64,000 bases of DNA, from positions 22,568,001 to 22,632,000 of the forward strand of contig OZ024753.1 of the NCBI GenBank assembly GCA_964016885.1, read 5' to 3'. Shown here one piece after another: positions 15,940 through 28,866 of this stretch. Position 1 is the first letter of the stretch. The number at the start of each line of letters is the position of its first letter. The notes below the pieces were generated by a model. That model worked only from the letters and a program-made list of their open reading frames with translations, had not been told where the DNA came from and searched no databases. The position numbers and the translations under genes were made by a program. The stretch comes from Eledone cirrhosa. Lineage: Eukaryota.

Positions 15940-18900
15940 TTGTGCGGCCCGGAAAAGCTTTTTTATTAGAGCTATTTAATTGTAAGGGACTACCCTGAGT
16001 TCTTAACTCAATATATATATATTTATATGTATACATTTATATTTATATATATATATTCATAAATATATACGTGTGTGTGTACGTGTACGTACGCGTGTGT
16101 CTGTCTGTATGTCTGTGTGTTCTTATACCAGTGTTTATGTTTATGTGTGATACAACACTGCGGTCTTTTACTAAAATGTATCTTAACAACGCAATACAAT
16201 ATTTCCCACACCGACCTAACTAGTAAGCTCGATATGATCTCTTATAAACACATGAATCAGCTGCAGTCTAATCACTTAAACCACTAACGTAATCCATATT
16301 TATATTGTTTATATTCTAAAACAAGGCTGTAGTTTGATAAAAGAAGTAATAGATGAGTGTTGTAGAATATTCAAAGTGTTTGCTAACCATGAAATTGAAA
16401 CCATTCTCTAGATTCCAATTATTGCCGGAGACTGATTTTCCAATTGTATTTTGTTTGGCACATAATGTATTGTATTTTTACTTGAAGAAAAAAATAAGCT
16501 AATGAGAGGACGGGACCAGTTAGAGAGAGAAATGTCGAAATGACTCCATAGATTCTACATTGACGTCGATGAAATACAGCTAAAACTGGTTAATGGCTTT
16601 GTTGAGCTAGCTATAAAAGTGAAACATAACTCAAGTATCATATAGTTCCGTACATGAATGGGTTCAGTAGCGAAAATAATGTTATATAAGGTAGATTAAA
16701 GCTTCTGTCAGAAGGAATGAAAGAACTAGATTTAAGAAAGAGGGGAACTATAAATGTCTCGATTATGATATTTTAAACAAATTCTCGCTGAATGTCATAG
16801 ATTTTGCAATAGTTTCAGTTGAAGCTTATGTGATAAAATTGTTTCATTACAGCAAAATAGTTCTTGAGAAGAAGAATGGAATGGTTTAGTGTATCATCCG
16901 AGGGAATTTATTGCTCCGGAGATAAGGAGGTAATGAAATGGAAAATCGAAATGTAGAATATTATAAATTAATCGAAACATTTCAGTGATTAAGTTACAAC
17001 CTGAGAAAATTTGGAATGATCAGAATTAATATGAACCTCCGGTGGTCTCCACGTTGAATTTTCATGTTCGATCTTGAAATTATTGTGTAAGTGGCTGATA
17101 ATTCCACAGACACGTGTGTTCTTCACCTAAGTCTCAGGTACCATCGATCAGATGCGCTTTCAAACACCGGAAGTGGAAGGTCGGCTGAACAGTAACTCCA
17201 AGCCTTTATTATTCATGAGGTGATGCCAGAATGGGAAATTTGAAGATGTGTGCATCCGAAACGCAGAAAATGTTTGTAAAGATACCGATGACCATATGTA
17301 ATAGTTGAGAAAATCGAATAATATATCCTTAGAAGCGTTTCTGTCCATTTTGTTTTATCCTTAAGTCTAAATTCTTATTTTTTCAACTATTATTTATTGT
17401 GATCAACTTTTATTACAATCATTTGTGCATATGGGACACTCACATTTTAAAATATAAATATGTATATTAAATAGTGCACTGGCAATATTTTGCAGATTAA
17501 TTCAATGCGCCAGAAAGCCAGGTCATTCTCAGCACATGTGGAGATATCTCATTCTAAGTAGATACATAGAAATATTTTGGCAGAAAGCAGCTTCTATAAT
17601 GCCATTTCATAAAATCTATAAAGCTTCCATATTTTGGCAAACTTATAGAATTTGCATAATTGAATATCGACGAATCGAAAATCCATTAGTTACTTTAGGA
17701 ATACCACCTTTCGCTGCAGCTTTTGTTTTACATTATATTCGGATTTTCAATTTTCTCTGTCCTCAATAGGAATTTGATTTTATTCAAAGCTCAAATATGG
17801 CCACAAAAACTCCTCTTCTGCTCAGACGTTCAACTTTGAAAACAAAGAGGCTCTATTGATAAGATGTTAATTGAGAATAATGATAGGCATATGATGGCTA
17901 TATTGATTGGGTATTGATCTGTCGAAGGGACAATAACTCGTATTCTCTCGCTTACATCGAACTTCTATTTTTACAAGTAAATATATTTATGTGTTTACGT
18001 CTTAATGGTATTTCCACGTGAATTGGTGCCACATGTCGGAAACTCACTGTTGGAAACTGGGATTAGAGTGTGGGGCAAACAAAGTGCCTTGCAGTATTTG
18101 CTTCGGCACTCTGACCTCAAATACAACCAAGATCAACTTAGCTTTATATTCATTCGTGGTCTATAAAATAAATTAACAGTCAAGGGTGGCGGGTTGGTGT
18201 GTTCTGGAATTGATGCCGTAAAAGAGATGTCTTGTAGTATCAGTTCTGTATTTCTATGTACTACGTTTTGGCGTGGTTTGCACGATCCATTGAGCAGCTT
18301 AACACCACCTGATATTTACGTGTCTTTAATAGCCTTCACTCTGTTACAAACATTACTGTCTCCCCCCCCCCCCTTTTTCCCTCTCAATAGCCTTGACGAC
18401 ACTGAAAACAAAGGATCATGGAAGGTGCGCATCTCCCTGACGAAGTTCTAGGCCCTAAAGAAAAAATATATTCTGATATATTGTAGACAGTATCAACTGT
18501 AAACGAGTAAACATTCTCTGTATATTATTGAGACGTATTGCTGTGACAAAATAGATTATAGAAATGTCCCTGGCTGGGAGGTATATCTTTTCCTTTCCCT
18601 ACACAGATAATCCAGCCCAGATGGATCTTTGCAGTTTATCTGTGAACATAAACTTAGAGAGACCATCATCTCATCTTTCAATTTTTCTTGTTTCTTTCAG
18701 TAACTTGTGTATTTGTTTGTCCCTACTTTGGATGGATGTAAACTCACAAACTCACATTCTATCTCATGCACGTACACACACGCATACACAAATAGACACA
18801 CACATACAAATACATAAAGTACACACACACACACAAAATATATATATATATTATATATAATATATAAAAATGAAAAGGACCATCTATTATTTCTTCATAT

Positions 18901-18957
18901 ATATATGTATATATATATACACACATCTATATATATAAGTATACACACACACACACA

Positions 18958-19071
<114 letters not shown>

Positions 19072-19230
19072 AACAAATTATCGTTATAGGTAATCCAGTT
19101 AAAGGTTGTGAATACTCCGTATTGTGGATAGTTTTAGCGTACGGCGTTGTTTGACTCAACAAGAGGTTTCCTAGATAGCCAGTTTGTGAGTTCTCGAGAA
19201 TTCCTATGCAGGTTAATCTTGGAGTAATAA

Positions 19231-22200
19231 TAGTGAAAGGGTGAAGAATAACACAGTCAACAGTACAAAAAGGGTTTTATTTACAGTATTAACAATTGTT
19301 TCATTGATTAAGTTGTCTAAAAATTGCTAATCATTTGAAGTTGTGTCACTCAATTTTAAATACAATGTATGCTTAATCAAATCATCGGAAAAAACTGATT
19401 AAAATTATACACGGCGTTTGTAATATACTAGAAATATTCAAATCCCAACATCAGTAATAAATACAAGAAAACTACGGAGTCTACACTCACTAACATTAAT
19501 AAGGAAGGACTTAACATAGTAAAAAACCTGAAAATATCTGATAGAACCGAGCCTCTGACCCCTTGTAAACCCACATTTAATATAAAAGATCATAAATACA
19601 ACTTCGAAACTAACCCTACTATTAAATTAATATGCCCATCGAAATCGGATATAAGTAGAATTAGCCAGTATATACTAGATAGAATAATAGCACAAATTAA
19701 AGACAAACTAATAATTAAGCTTTGGGTTAACACTAATGAAGCAATAGATTGGTTTAATAAATTAGACAATAGAGAATCTTCCGACTTCATAAAATTTGAC
19801 ATTAATGACTACTACTCCTCTATTTCCCCAGTCACCCTAAATAAGGCACTAACCTTTGCACAGAAAAACTCAAATCTATCCTCTGATGAAATTAAAATAA
19901 TACTAGCTGCTAGAAGAACTATCATTAGGTTCGATAATAGTTACTGGGAAAGAAAAACAGATAGAATAGCTTTGATATAACTAAGGGATCTAACGACTCA
20001 GCTCAAGTAACAGACATGGTTAGAATATATATAGCACATATCTTACATAAGGAATTTGATAACCTCCAGAGAGGAATTTATAGAGACGATACACTATATT
20101 TAGCTAAAAATTTAATAAACAAAACTTGGAAAGATTACGGAAAAAAGATTAGAATCTTCTTCAATAAACTAGGCCTAAGCATCACTTTCGAACTCAATCC
20201 TAAAAAGGCTAACTTCTTAGATGTATCACTCAACCTAGACACATGACTAATAGAGTCCTTCCATAAAAATAACGAAAAACTAGCCTACATTAGTTATAAC
20301 TCAAACCACCCTCGGCCCATAATTAACTCCATAGCACATAGTGTATCCCTTAGAATTTCACGCTTCTCTTCTAACCTAGAGAATTTTAATGAACACGTTA
20401 ATTACTACAACATAGCTTTACTTAAGGCAGACCACAAAGAGAGGCTCAAATACATACCAGATACAAACAACAACACACTTAACAGCAATAACACCACCCA
20501 CACCTATAGAAATAACAAATATAGGACTAAACATGGAAATAGACAACAAGCACCAGAAATAAATGAACCGAATACTAATATAAGGACCCCTAAGAACTCT
20601 AGAAAATCCAGAGATAGGAAATACTTATGGTTCAATCCAATATTTAACTCCTCTATAAAAACCAAACTACATTCTACATTCTTTAAATTAATTGACAAGC
20701 AATTCCCTAAACTTCACAAATACCATAAAATCTTTAATATAAAAACTACCGCAGCCAACATAGAATCACACATACATAACATTAACTATAAAAGAATCTC
20801 TAATGAAAATAACCTACAAACAAACACTATAACACCAAATACAAAACACAAACACATAACAACATCACAGCCACACACACGCCAGAATGCATCACAAAAA
20901 AACATCAACAAACCCAAATCTCAACCCATACATAACAACATACAAAACCGCATCGATGAACCGGCACACAGGAAGGCCTCAAAATGTAACTGTCACTTAC
21001 CGGATAAGTGCCCACTACAAAATAGATGCCTGGAGTCAAATATAGTGTATCTGTATACTATAAATTCAGGCAACTTAACATGGCACTTCATAGGTTCTAC
21101 GACAGGGGAGTTAAAAAAAAGATGGTACGTCCACAGACACTCTATAAAGAACCGTAGACTAATGAACACAACAACGTTCGCCAATAAAATCTGGCAGCTT
21201 AAAGATACAAACCAGGAATACGGGATTAGCTGGTCGAAACTATCAGGGGCAAATGCCTACAGAAATGGAATGTCCCACTGCGGACTTTACAATATGGAGT
21301 TGCTCCATATTTTAAAATATGACAAAATGCTGGTCAATAGAATGGTCAATTTTCTGTAGGCATAGGGCAGCTACTAAATTCGCTAATTTCAAACCAACTT
21401 GATTCGACCCAACAATACCATAATTCAAACTGTACCACCTGAGTCTATTATACTAGCCCATTATTATTAATATATGGCGGTGGATTGGCAGTATCGCTAG
21501 AGGGTCGGACGCCATGCTTTCCAGCATAGTTACGCCCCTTAACGATCTGAGTTCAAATCCCGCCGAGGTTGACTTTGCCTTTCATCCTTATGGGGTCGAT
21601 AAAATAAAGTACCAGTAATGCACTGGGTAATTGCTGGCCTTGTGCCTAAAGTAGAAACAATTATTAACTGTCAATAAATCAGCTAATCACTGAATCAACA
21701 TCATAACCTCATAACCTTTCTTTCACTGTCTTTCCCTAAACTATTTCACCTCTTCCATTATATCCTAACGTGTTCTCTTCATTTCTAACATAACTTACAA
21801 TTTATTAATTTATTAATTTACCCTTTAATTAGCAATGTACTATTTCTTCATAATATAATTTAACTAATACATATATGTATATATTTAATATTTTCATGTT
21901 TATACCATCACATATTTATATTTTAACCACCAACATCACAACTATTTTCAACAATCATATTATGTTCACTTTTCTTCACACTCATAAATTATTTTACTTA
22001 TTTTTGATCATCTTCATTCTAACTTATTTATTATTATTTATTCATTATTTTTTCTTTATCTTTATTTCTCTTTTCTTTTTTCTTCTTTTTTCTTTTTCTC
22101 TCTCTATTTTTCTTTATTTTCTTTTTCTTGTATTTATTACTGATGTTGTGATTTGAATTTTCCTAGTATATTACAAACGCCGTGTATAATTCTAATCAGT

Positions 22201-22302
22201 TTTTCCGGTGATTTGATTAAGCATACATTGTATTTAAAATTGAGTGACACAACTTCAAGTGATTAGCAATTTTTAACATGTTATTCTTCACTCTTTCACT
22301 AT
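19231..22302 (+). mobile_element. Decayed PLE (RT + GIY-YIG) with inverted terminal repeats
   Basis: Broken frames with KFDI.DYY.SI, GIYRDD, NFLDVSLNL, CNC..CPL and FIGSTTGELKKRW. Inverted repeats at 19231-19470 and 22124-22302. Long-stem-II hammerhead-like motif at 19283-19395 (-). Confidence 0.9.
21476..21664 (+). mobile_element. tRNA-derived SINE inserted in PLE 3' region
   Basis: Full match to the SINE family. Confidence 0.9.
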
Positions 22303-22450
22303 ATATATTCCTGGGGAGAAATAAAACTTAAAAATATCTTACGAGTATTAAGAATCATTCAACAAATTTCGGAATTGAAATCCACATCACAAGAGGCCAT
22401 TATTCTAATACCAATACTAATCTCTCTCTCTCTCTATCTCTCTCTCTCTC

Positions 22451-22576
<126 letters not shown>

Positions 22577-23279
22577 TATGTATTGAATTTGCATGTAATC
22601 CATTGTACAGATGTTATAGCTCCTATATATCCGGAGCATCATTCTCTATATTATCTCTATAATGACTTCGATATTCTAAATTCAATTACCTTCGGAATTG
22701 ATTTCGGTTTTTGTCGTTCGGTTTTCGATAAAGATAATTTGTCAATGCGATATTGGTGCCCCCAGATCTAAAGTACCATACTGCATAGAGGAAATTCTGT
22801 AACTTAGATTTAGTTGAACGTGTTGTCCCATATCTCCTTGCATCACACAAAGCATTCCTTATCAAACCTTTACACCTGACAAGTGCATTATTCTGAAATT
22901 AATTACATGCTAATGCATTTAACAAACGATCTTGAAAAGTCGGAAATGGACATCAATATTCTATACAGTTTCAAATAATAAAACACTCTCCAACAAGTAA
23001 CATGTGGAAAGTATACTGCTGTTTCATTATATTTAAATGTTACCTTAAATTCACACATTGTAAACACATTAATCAATTTTAGTGTATTCGGACAGGTGTG
23101 TCCCCTTCATAAATAATATGCGCGTAGTCCAAAATCAACTCATCTTTGGCAAGTTCATTACAGGAGAGTGGTTTAACGCCTAGATAATGCGCTACAAGGA
23201 TAGCTTGAAAGTAACACGAAAGCCGCCAGTAATGTAAGTGAATCCAAGAAATAACTAATCTTGGATAGGCCTTTATGAT

Positions 23280-23388
23280 ACATACCCTGAGGCAGCACCA
23301 GAGAGACAATCTACATACCCTGAGGCAGCACCAGAGAGACAGTCTACATACCCCGAGGCAGCACCAGAGAGACAGTCTACATACCCTG
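23280..23388. repeat. 33-bp tandem repeat (about 3.3 copies)
   Basis: Unit acataccctgaggcagcaccagagagacagtct. Confidence 0.9.
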
Positions 23389-23730
23389 TACGTAGTCGTT
23401 ATTTCCATATCTGAATTGGTTTTATTAGATATCTACTGACATAAAATTCAACCATGTGTATGCCATATATATGTATATGTATACATGCTGAACGTAAACA
23501 GAAAAAAACAATGCAGGCAACACAGTACAATGAAGAAATATATTAGTTTAACCCTTAATATAGTTGGAAAAGTGTCTCTACGTTTCGGACATTAACCCTC
23601 CAACAGAAGATAGAATGAGAAATAAGAGATGAAATAGAAAGATAGAGAGTGAAATGAAGAAGCTATGGTAAAAATGTTTTCGTTTTCTTCTTTTAGAAAA
23701 GGCACATGTCTATTCAGTCAGCCATTTTGG

Positions 23731-23779
<49 letters not shown>

Positions 23780-23783
<4 letters not shown>

Positions 23784-24581
23784 TAAATTAGCGAGAATCG
23801 TATTTCGGCTTTGGAATTAGCGAAAAACAACTTCCGAGATGTGTGGCAAGCGCTCAATAATTCTGACGAACCAGAGCTACAACATACGTTAAAGGCCAAA
23901 CACACTGAGACGATGGTTAAACCGTCATCCGCACAACCATAGAAACGTAAAGTAATTCGGGTCAAACAAATAAAAAAATATGTGATTGAAAAATTTACCC
24001 GGACCCCTGGATGGTTGGTAAAATCCAGCATTTGGGTTTCTGCGACTCCTAAATCAAGTACTGTCCGCTTAGACAAATAATGTTAGGCTTCTGGAAAGAT
24101 GATTGAACAAGGAAGTCATTTTCTCAACAGGTTTTAGTTCAAGTGCCAGGCAAGGAATGACCGTTACCGATACACACGTGGGGCTCGACAAGGGAGGCAA
24201 CCCTTATTTTTGGCGGATGAAATTCAGTATGTGTATATTATTGCAAAAATACAAAATATCACAAAACGAATTAAGCTCTCAACAGAATGGTTATAAGTTA
24301 ACAAAAGCTATTCATCAGTCAATAGAACCAACTAAAAAAATCAAGAAAATTAACTGGTCAATAGCTAGACTCGGGAGATTAATACAAATATAAATTAGCG
24401 AGAATCGTATTTCGGCTTTGGAATTAGCGAAAAACAACTTCCGAGATGTGTGACAAGCGCTCAATAATTCTGACAAACCAGAGCTACAACATACGTTAAA
24501 GGCCAAACACACTGAGACGATGGTTAAACCGTCATCCGCACAGCCATAGAAACGACCAAGTCATTCGGGTCAAACAAATAA

Positions 24582-24582
<1 letters not shown>
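23780..24582. repeat. Non-coding ~608-bp partial-tandem repeat; homologue at 60575-61010
   Basis: 23780-23978 recurs at 24388-24582; flanked by (AT)n. Confidence 0.8.
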
Positions 24583-24630
<48 letters not shown>

Positions 24631-24635
<5 letters not shown>

Positions 24636-25068
24636 TGCATATATAGTGTATTTTGCAATACACTGTACGCTTAATTAAAAGCATTTCGAAGACCTTACGC
24701 TATTGTTTTAGAGTAGTGACAGTCTCACTTACTTCAATTTTCAGCAAACAGGGGAGATAAAGCTGACAGAGCTCTGTTTCGCACTTTTTGGTGCTTATGA
24801 AAGCTAACTACTCCGCCCGTTTGCTGAAAATTGTGAATGTTTGATTCTTATAGAATTCCAGTAATAATCAGGAACTGATTATACAGAGCGGCTGCCGGTC
24901 AAGCAATAAACAATAGCGTAAGGTCTTCGAAATGTTTTTAATTAAGCATACAGTGTATTGCAAAATACACTATATATACATTCATATATATATCGTTATT
25001 TCAGAGCACCAATTCTAATTTTGAATTTCTGCGTGACCGGCAACCGCTCTGTATAATCAGTTCCTGAT
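24631..25068. mobile_element. Non-coding hammerhead-family repeat with inverted segment; homologue 50531-50880
   Basis: 24631-24708 is inverted at 24908-24985. Hammerhead stems at 24761-24805 (-) are intact but the core has decayed. Confidence 0.7.
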
Positions 25069-25069
25069 A

Positions 25070-26449
25070 TAATGCTAATCAAAAACGACACCACCATTAC
25101 CACGGATATATATTATAAACACACAGACACCAATCAATATCTGAATTTTAAGTCGTGACATCCACCTCATACAAAACTCAACATCCCATACTGCATAGCC
25201 AGAAGAATTTGTACCATTGTAGAAGATACGAATACCAGGAACAAACGCCTAACAGAACTGAGAGATGTTTTGCTCAAACAAAAATACCCATCTCTACTTA
25301 TAGAAAATGGCATACAACGGGCTATAAAAATACCTACACAACAACTTAAGACAACCCAAGGAAGAAGAAACCAAGAACTGGTCATACCATTCATAATGAC
25401 ACACAACCCATGTCACCAGAATATCTTCAACATTGCCAAAGCAAACCTACCGATCATTGCTCAAAGTAATGAATTAAAAGGCTTAATCACAGACCGATCT
25501 TTGACTCGTAGTAAAAGACAGCCGAAAAATTTGAAGCAATTACTAACAAAAACAAAGGCCAATCATTCACTGTATCTAAATGCACTGATAGTCGATGTGG
25601 CACATGTCAATCCGTACACACCGGTCAATATATGAACACAAAAACTGGAAACATATTCCCAAATGCAAATATGAACTGCAAAAGCAGAAATCTAATTTAC
25701 TGCATTAAATGTCCGAATTATGAAGAACTATATGCCGGTCAAACTTGAAATGCACTATCGGAACGTGCACGGGTGCACCGACAGCAAATCAGAGACCCAA
25801 AAGTCCGTCAGATACCTCTGAGTAACCACCTAGTAACATGTGGTCAGAAAATATTTATAATATTCCCATTCTACAAATTACACAGCCCAAGTGAAATCAG
25901 GAGAAAAATCAAAGAAAAGAATTGTATTGATAAATTCCAACCCAAGCTAAATGAACAATAATAAATAATAAAAGTGATGTTGATGGTGATGATTACTAGA
26001 AAATGCTATTTTCATCATTTCTAAAAATAGCAAAACAATTGATGCTTTGGATAGGGTCAAATAGAAGTCGTTAGACATGCTCAACCAACTGTGACGCCTA
26101 AACCAATCAGCTTTAGTAATTCAATGAAACTACACACCGATTGGTCGAAATACAGTTTGCAAGATTTAGCATTCTATAGCCACTTTTCACTGTATATAAG
26201 GCACAAAATTTACCCATCTCATTACAGTTGAAAATTGCAAACTTGACTGTCACCACAGAATATGAACCTGAAGATTGCGAAAGCATGAAAGTACTTGTTC
26301 AATTAACACTTAACATTTAATATTCTACCATACTATTTCATTATAATACCATTATAATGTTAAAGGATTGTAAATAAAACGAATAAATCAGACAAAGTTG
26401 GAATTCCTTTTATTAATATAATCTTCTATACACAATCATACACACCCGT

Positions 26450-26450
<1 letters not shown>
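25070..26450 (+). mobile_element. 5'-truncated PLE (RT thumb + GIY-YIG + 3' tail)
   Basis: Frames with DIYYK.TDTNQYL.F, IPYCIARRICTI, NLIYCIKC, YAGQT and RARVHRQQI. Confidence 0.85.
26263..26301 (+). ncRNA. Minimal type I hammerhead ribozyme
   Basis: tgaac-CTGAAGA-t-tgc-gaaa-gca-t-GAAA-gtac-TT-gttca. Confidence 0.8.
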
Positions 26451-26519
<69 letters not shown>

Positions 26520-26556
26520 AACTAAAATAAATAAGTCAAATATTTAAAATTTGGCT

Positions 26557-28866
26557 TCGTTTATTACTGCTATATATATTTCGGTGACAGCCATCTTTGG
26601 CTGTGACCCCTTCAGGCAGTCCGAATTAGTGTGGTAGAGTACGAGTAGCAGTCTCAGGGGTGATACTAACCACCCCGGGGCCGACGGCCCCAACCGCAGG
26701 ACACGTGGGGGAGGGGGGACCATCCCATCGTGGATCTCCCAGTGCAGGCAACAACCACCCCACAGATTCGGGCCGAGAAGATAGCAAAATGCATAGCGCA
26801 CAAAGGGGAAGCAACAATGCGGGAACCACTAGCAACCCAACAACTCTCCAACAACTCACGGCGCCCTCAACCCACCCATATAGGAGTAGACGCAGAAAAG
26901 TCACGTGGTACAACCCACCCTACTCAGCGGCCCTAAAGAACAGCTTGGCTTGGCCCGATCCTTTGGAGCACTTGATAAATGCTTCCCGAGGGACCATAGA
27001 TACCACAAGATCTTCAACAGACACACTGTGAAGCTCTCATATTCCACCACGAGAAATCTGGCCCAACACATAGCTAGCCTCAACAGGAGTAGGCTTAAAA
27101 ACCACACACAACCAGAAGCTGGCAATATAAGCACCGAGCAGAACCATGTGGAAGGAAAGAAGGGTGGAACCAGCGCCCACCCAAGAAACTCAAACAGACC
27201 CGGGGACCCCCCACCGGGCCCGGGTGAAGACCACCATGTAACACGTAACAGGAACCCCACACTAGGCACGCATAGGTCGACCACCCTCTGCAACTGCAGA
27301 AACCCCGAATCATGCCCCCTTAGTAATGAATGTCTTAGGAAGAACCTAATATGCGGATGTATAGTAAAAAACCCCAACTTCGAACACCTTTACATAGGAG
27401 CTACATCAACGAGCTTTAAAGACCGTTGGTATAACCATCGCCATTCCTTCAATAAAGAGGTCAAAAGGAAAAGTACGGCTCTTTCCGACCTGATCTGGAA
27501 GCTTAAGCTGGACAGGACCCCGTACTCTCTGGCCTGGTCAATAATCAGGAAAGTACCACCCGATAAAGGGGGATCTGGCATATGCAAACTATGTCTGAGC
27601 GAGACCTTCGAGATACTAAGAGGTGGAAGCCGCCTGATAAAATAGCGACTTCTCCAGAACATGTAGACACCACTGGGCCGGACATCCCTCAAGCTATATG
27701 GACAGTAACAACACCATATGTTGGGAACTCCCCTCAAGCCATAGGGACCCATCCAGGCTGAACAGACACCATGGTAGCCTAGTGATTGATTCTGACACAG
27801 CCTTTCTAATTTGGCCAACATCTTTCTAACTTTAAGATTGGTTATAACACACTCATTTTATTTGAATCTTCATTTTTTTATTTTTCATTTATTTTTTATT
27901 TTCTATTTTCTTCATTTTATTGCCTTTTATTTCTTCATATGCATGGCACAACCCCCCACCCACCACCACGAGAAATGGTGGCAGGATGGATGCCAACACA
28001 CACACACACAGATCCTTCTAAAATCAGCAGAAGCAAGACCTAGGCTGACGCAGCACCAACACCACTACCAAAATAAGAGTAGAGGTCAGATTTACTTAAC
28101 AATAGCAAAAACAAACACTACAGATCGCCTCACCCCAGAAAGAATTTCTATAGACTTTTGACTGAGGAATGCTCTCACAACTGACCAATGGGAGGAGTGG
28201 ATCTTACAAATCTTTCTAACTTTGAGATTGGTTATAACACACACACACATTTTATTTGATTACCTTATTTTATTATTTTATCATCTTATTCTTTTTACCA
28301 TTTTATCATTTTTTTGTTTAATTATTTGCTTTTATTATCTTATTTTCATTTTCTATTTTCTTCATTTTATTGCCTTTTATTTCTTCATATGCTTGCCCCC
28401 CCCCCCCCCACCACCACTACGACGAGAAATGGTGGCAGGATAGATCCCAACACACACAGATCCCTCTAAAATCAGCAGCAGCTGGAATTAAGCTGACTCC
28501 AACACCAACACCACTACCAACATAAGAGTAGAGGTCAGATGTACTTAACAATAACAAGAACAACCACTACAGAGTGCCTCGCCTCAGAACGAATTTCTAT
28601 AGACTTTTGACTGAGGAATGTTCTCACAACTGACCAATGGGAGGAGAGGATGTCCTTTGACGCTGAAATTCGTTTGTTTAAATTCATATGATTCCAGTTC
28701 CTCAGTGAAATAACAACCCAACCAGGAACTGGTCATATCGGAGTATTGACAAAGTTAAACACCTCAACAACATGTGTACTCGTCTCTACCACACTAATTC
28801 GGACTGGCTGAAGAGATCACCACCAAAGATGGCTGTCACCGAAATATATATAGCAGTAATAAACGA
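26557..28866 (+). mobile_element. 5'-truncated PLE (GIY-YIG) with 90-bp hammerhead-bearing inverted repeats
   Basis: ORFs 26660-27645 contain WYNPPYS, HRYHKIFN, CNC..CPL, YIGATSTSFKDRW and CKLCLSE. Inverted repeats at 26557-26646 and 28777-28866; internal ~410-bp tandem duplication at about 27800-28650. Confidence 0.9.
28803..28857 (+). ncRNA. Hammerhead ribozyme (mirror copy 26566-26620, -)
   Basis: Consensus of the two copies: actgc-CTGAAGA-ggt.acagcca-aaga-tggctgtcacc-GAAA-tatata-TA-gcagt. Confidence 0.7.

Noticed and set aside
23280-23388. CRISPR-like 33-bp repeats (also the 28-bp repeats at 45988-46099)
   Set aside because: Head-to-tail without spacers; ordinary minisatellites.
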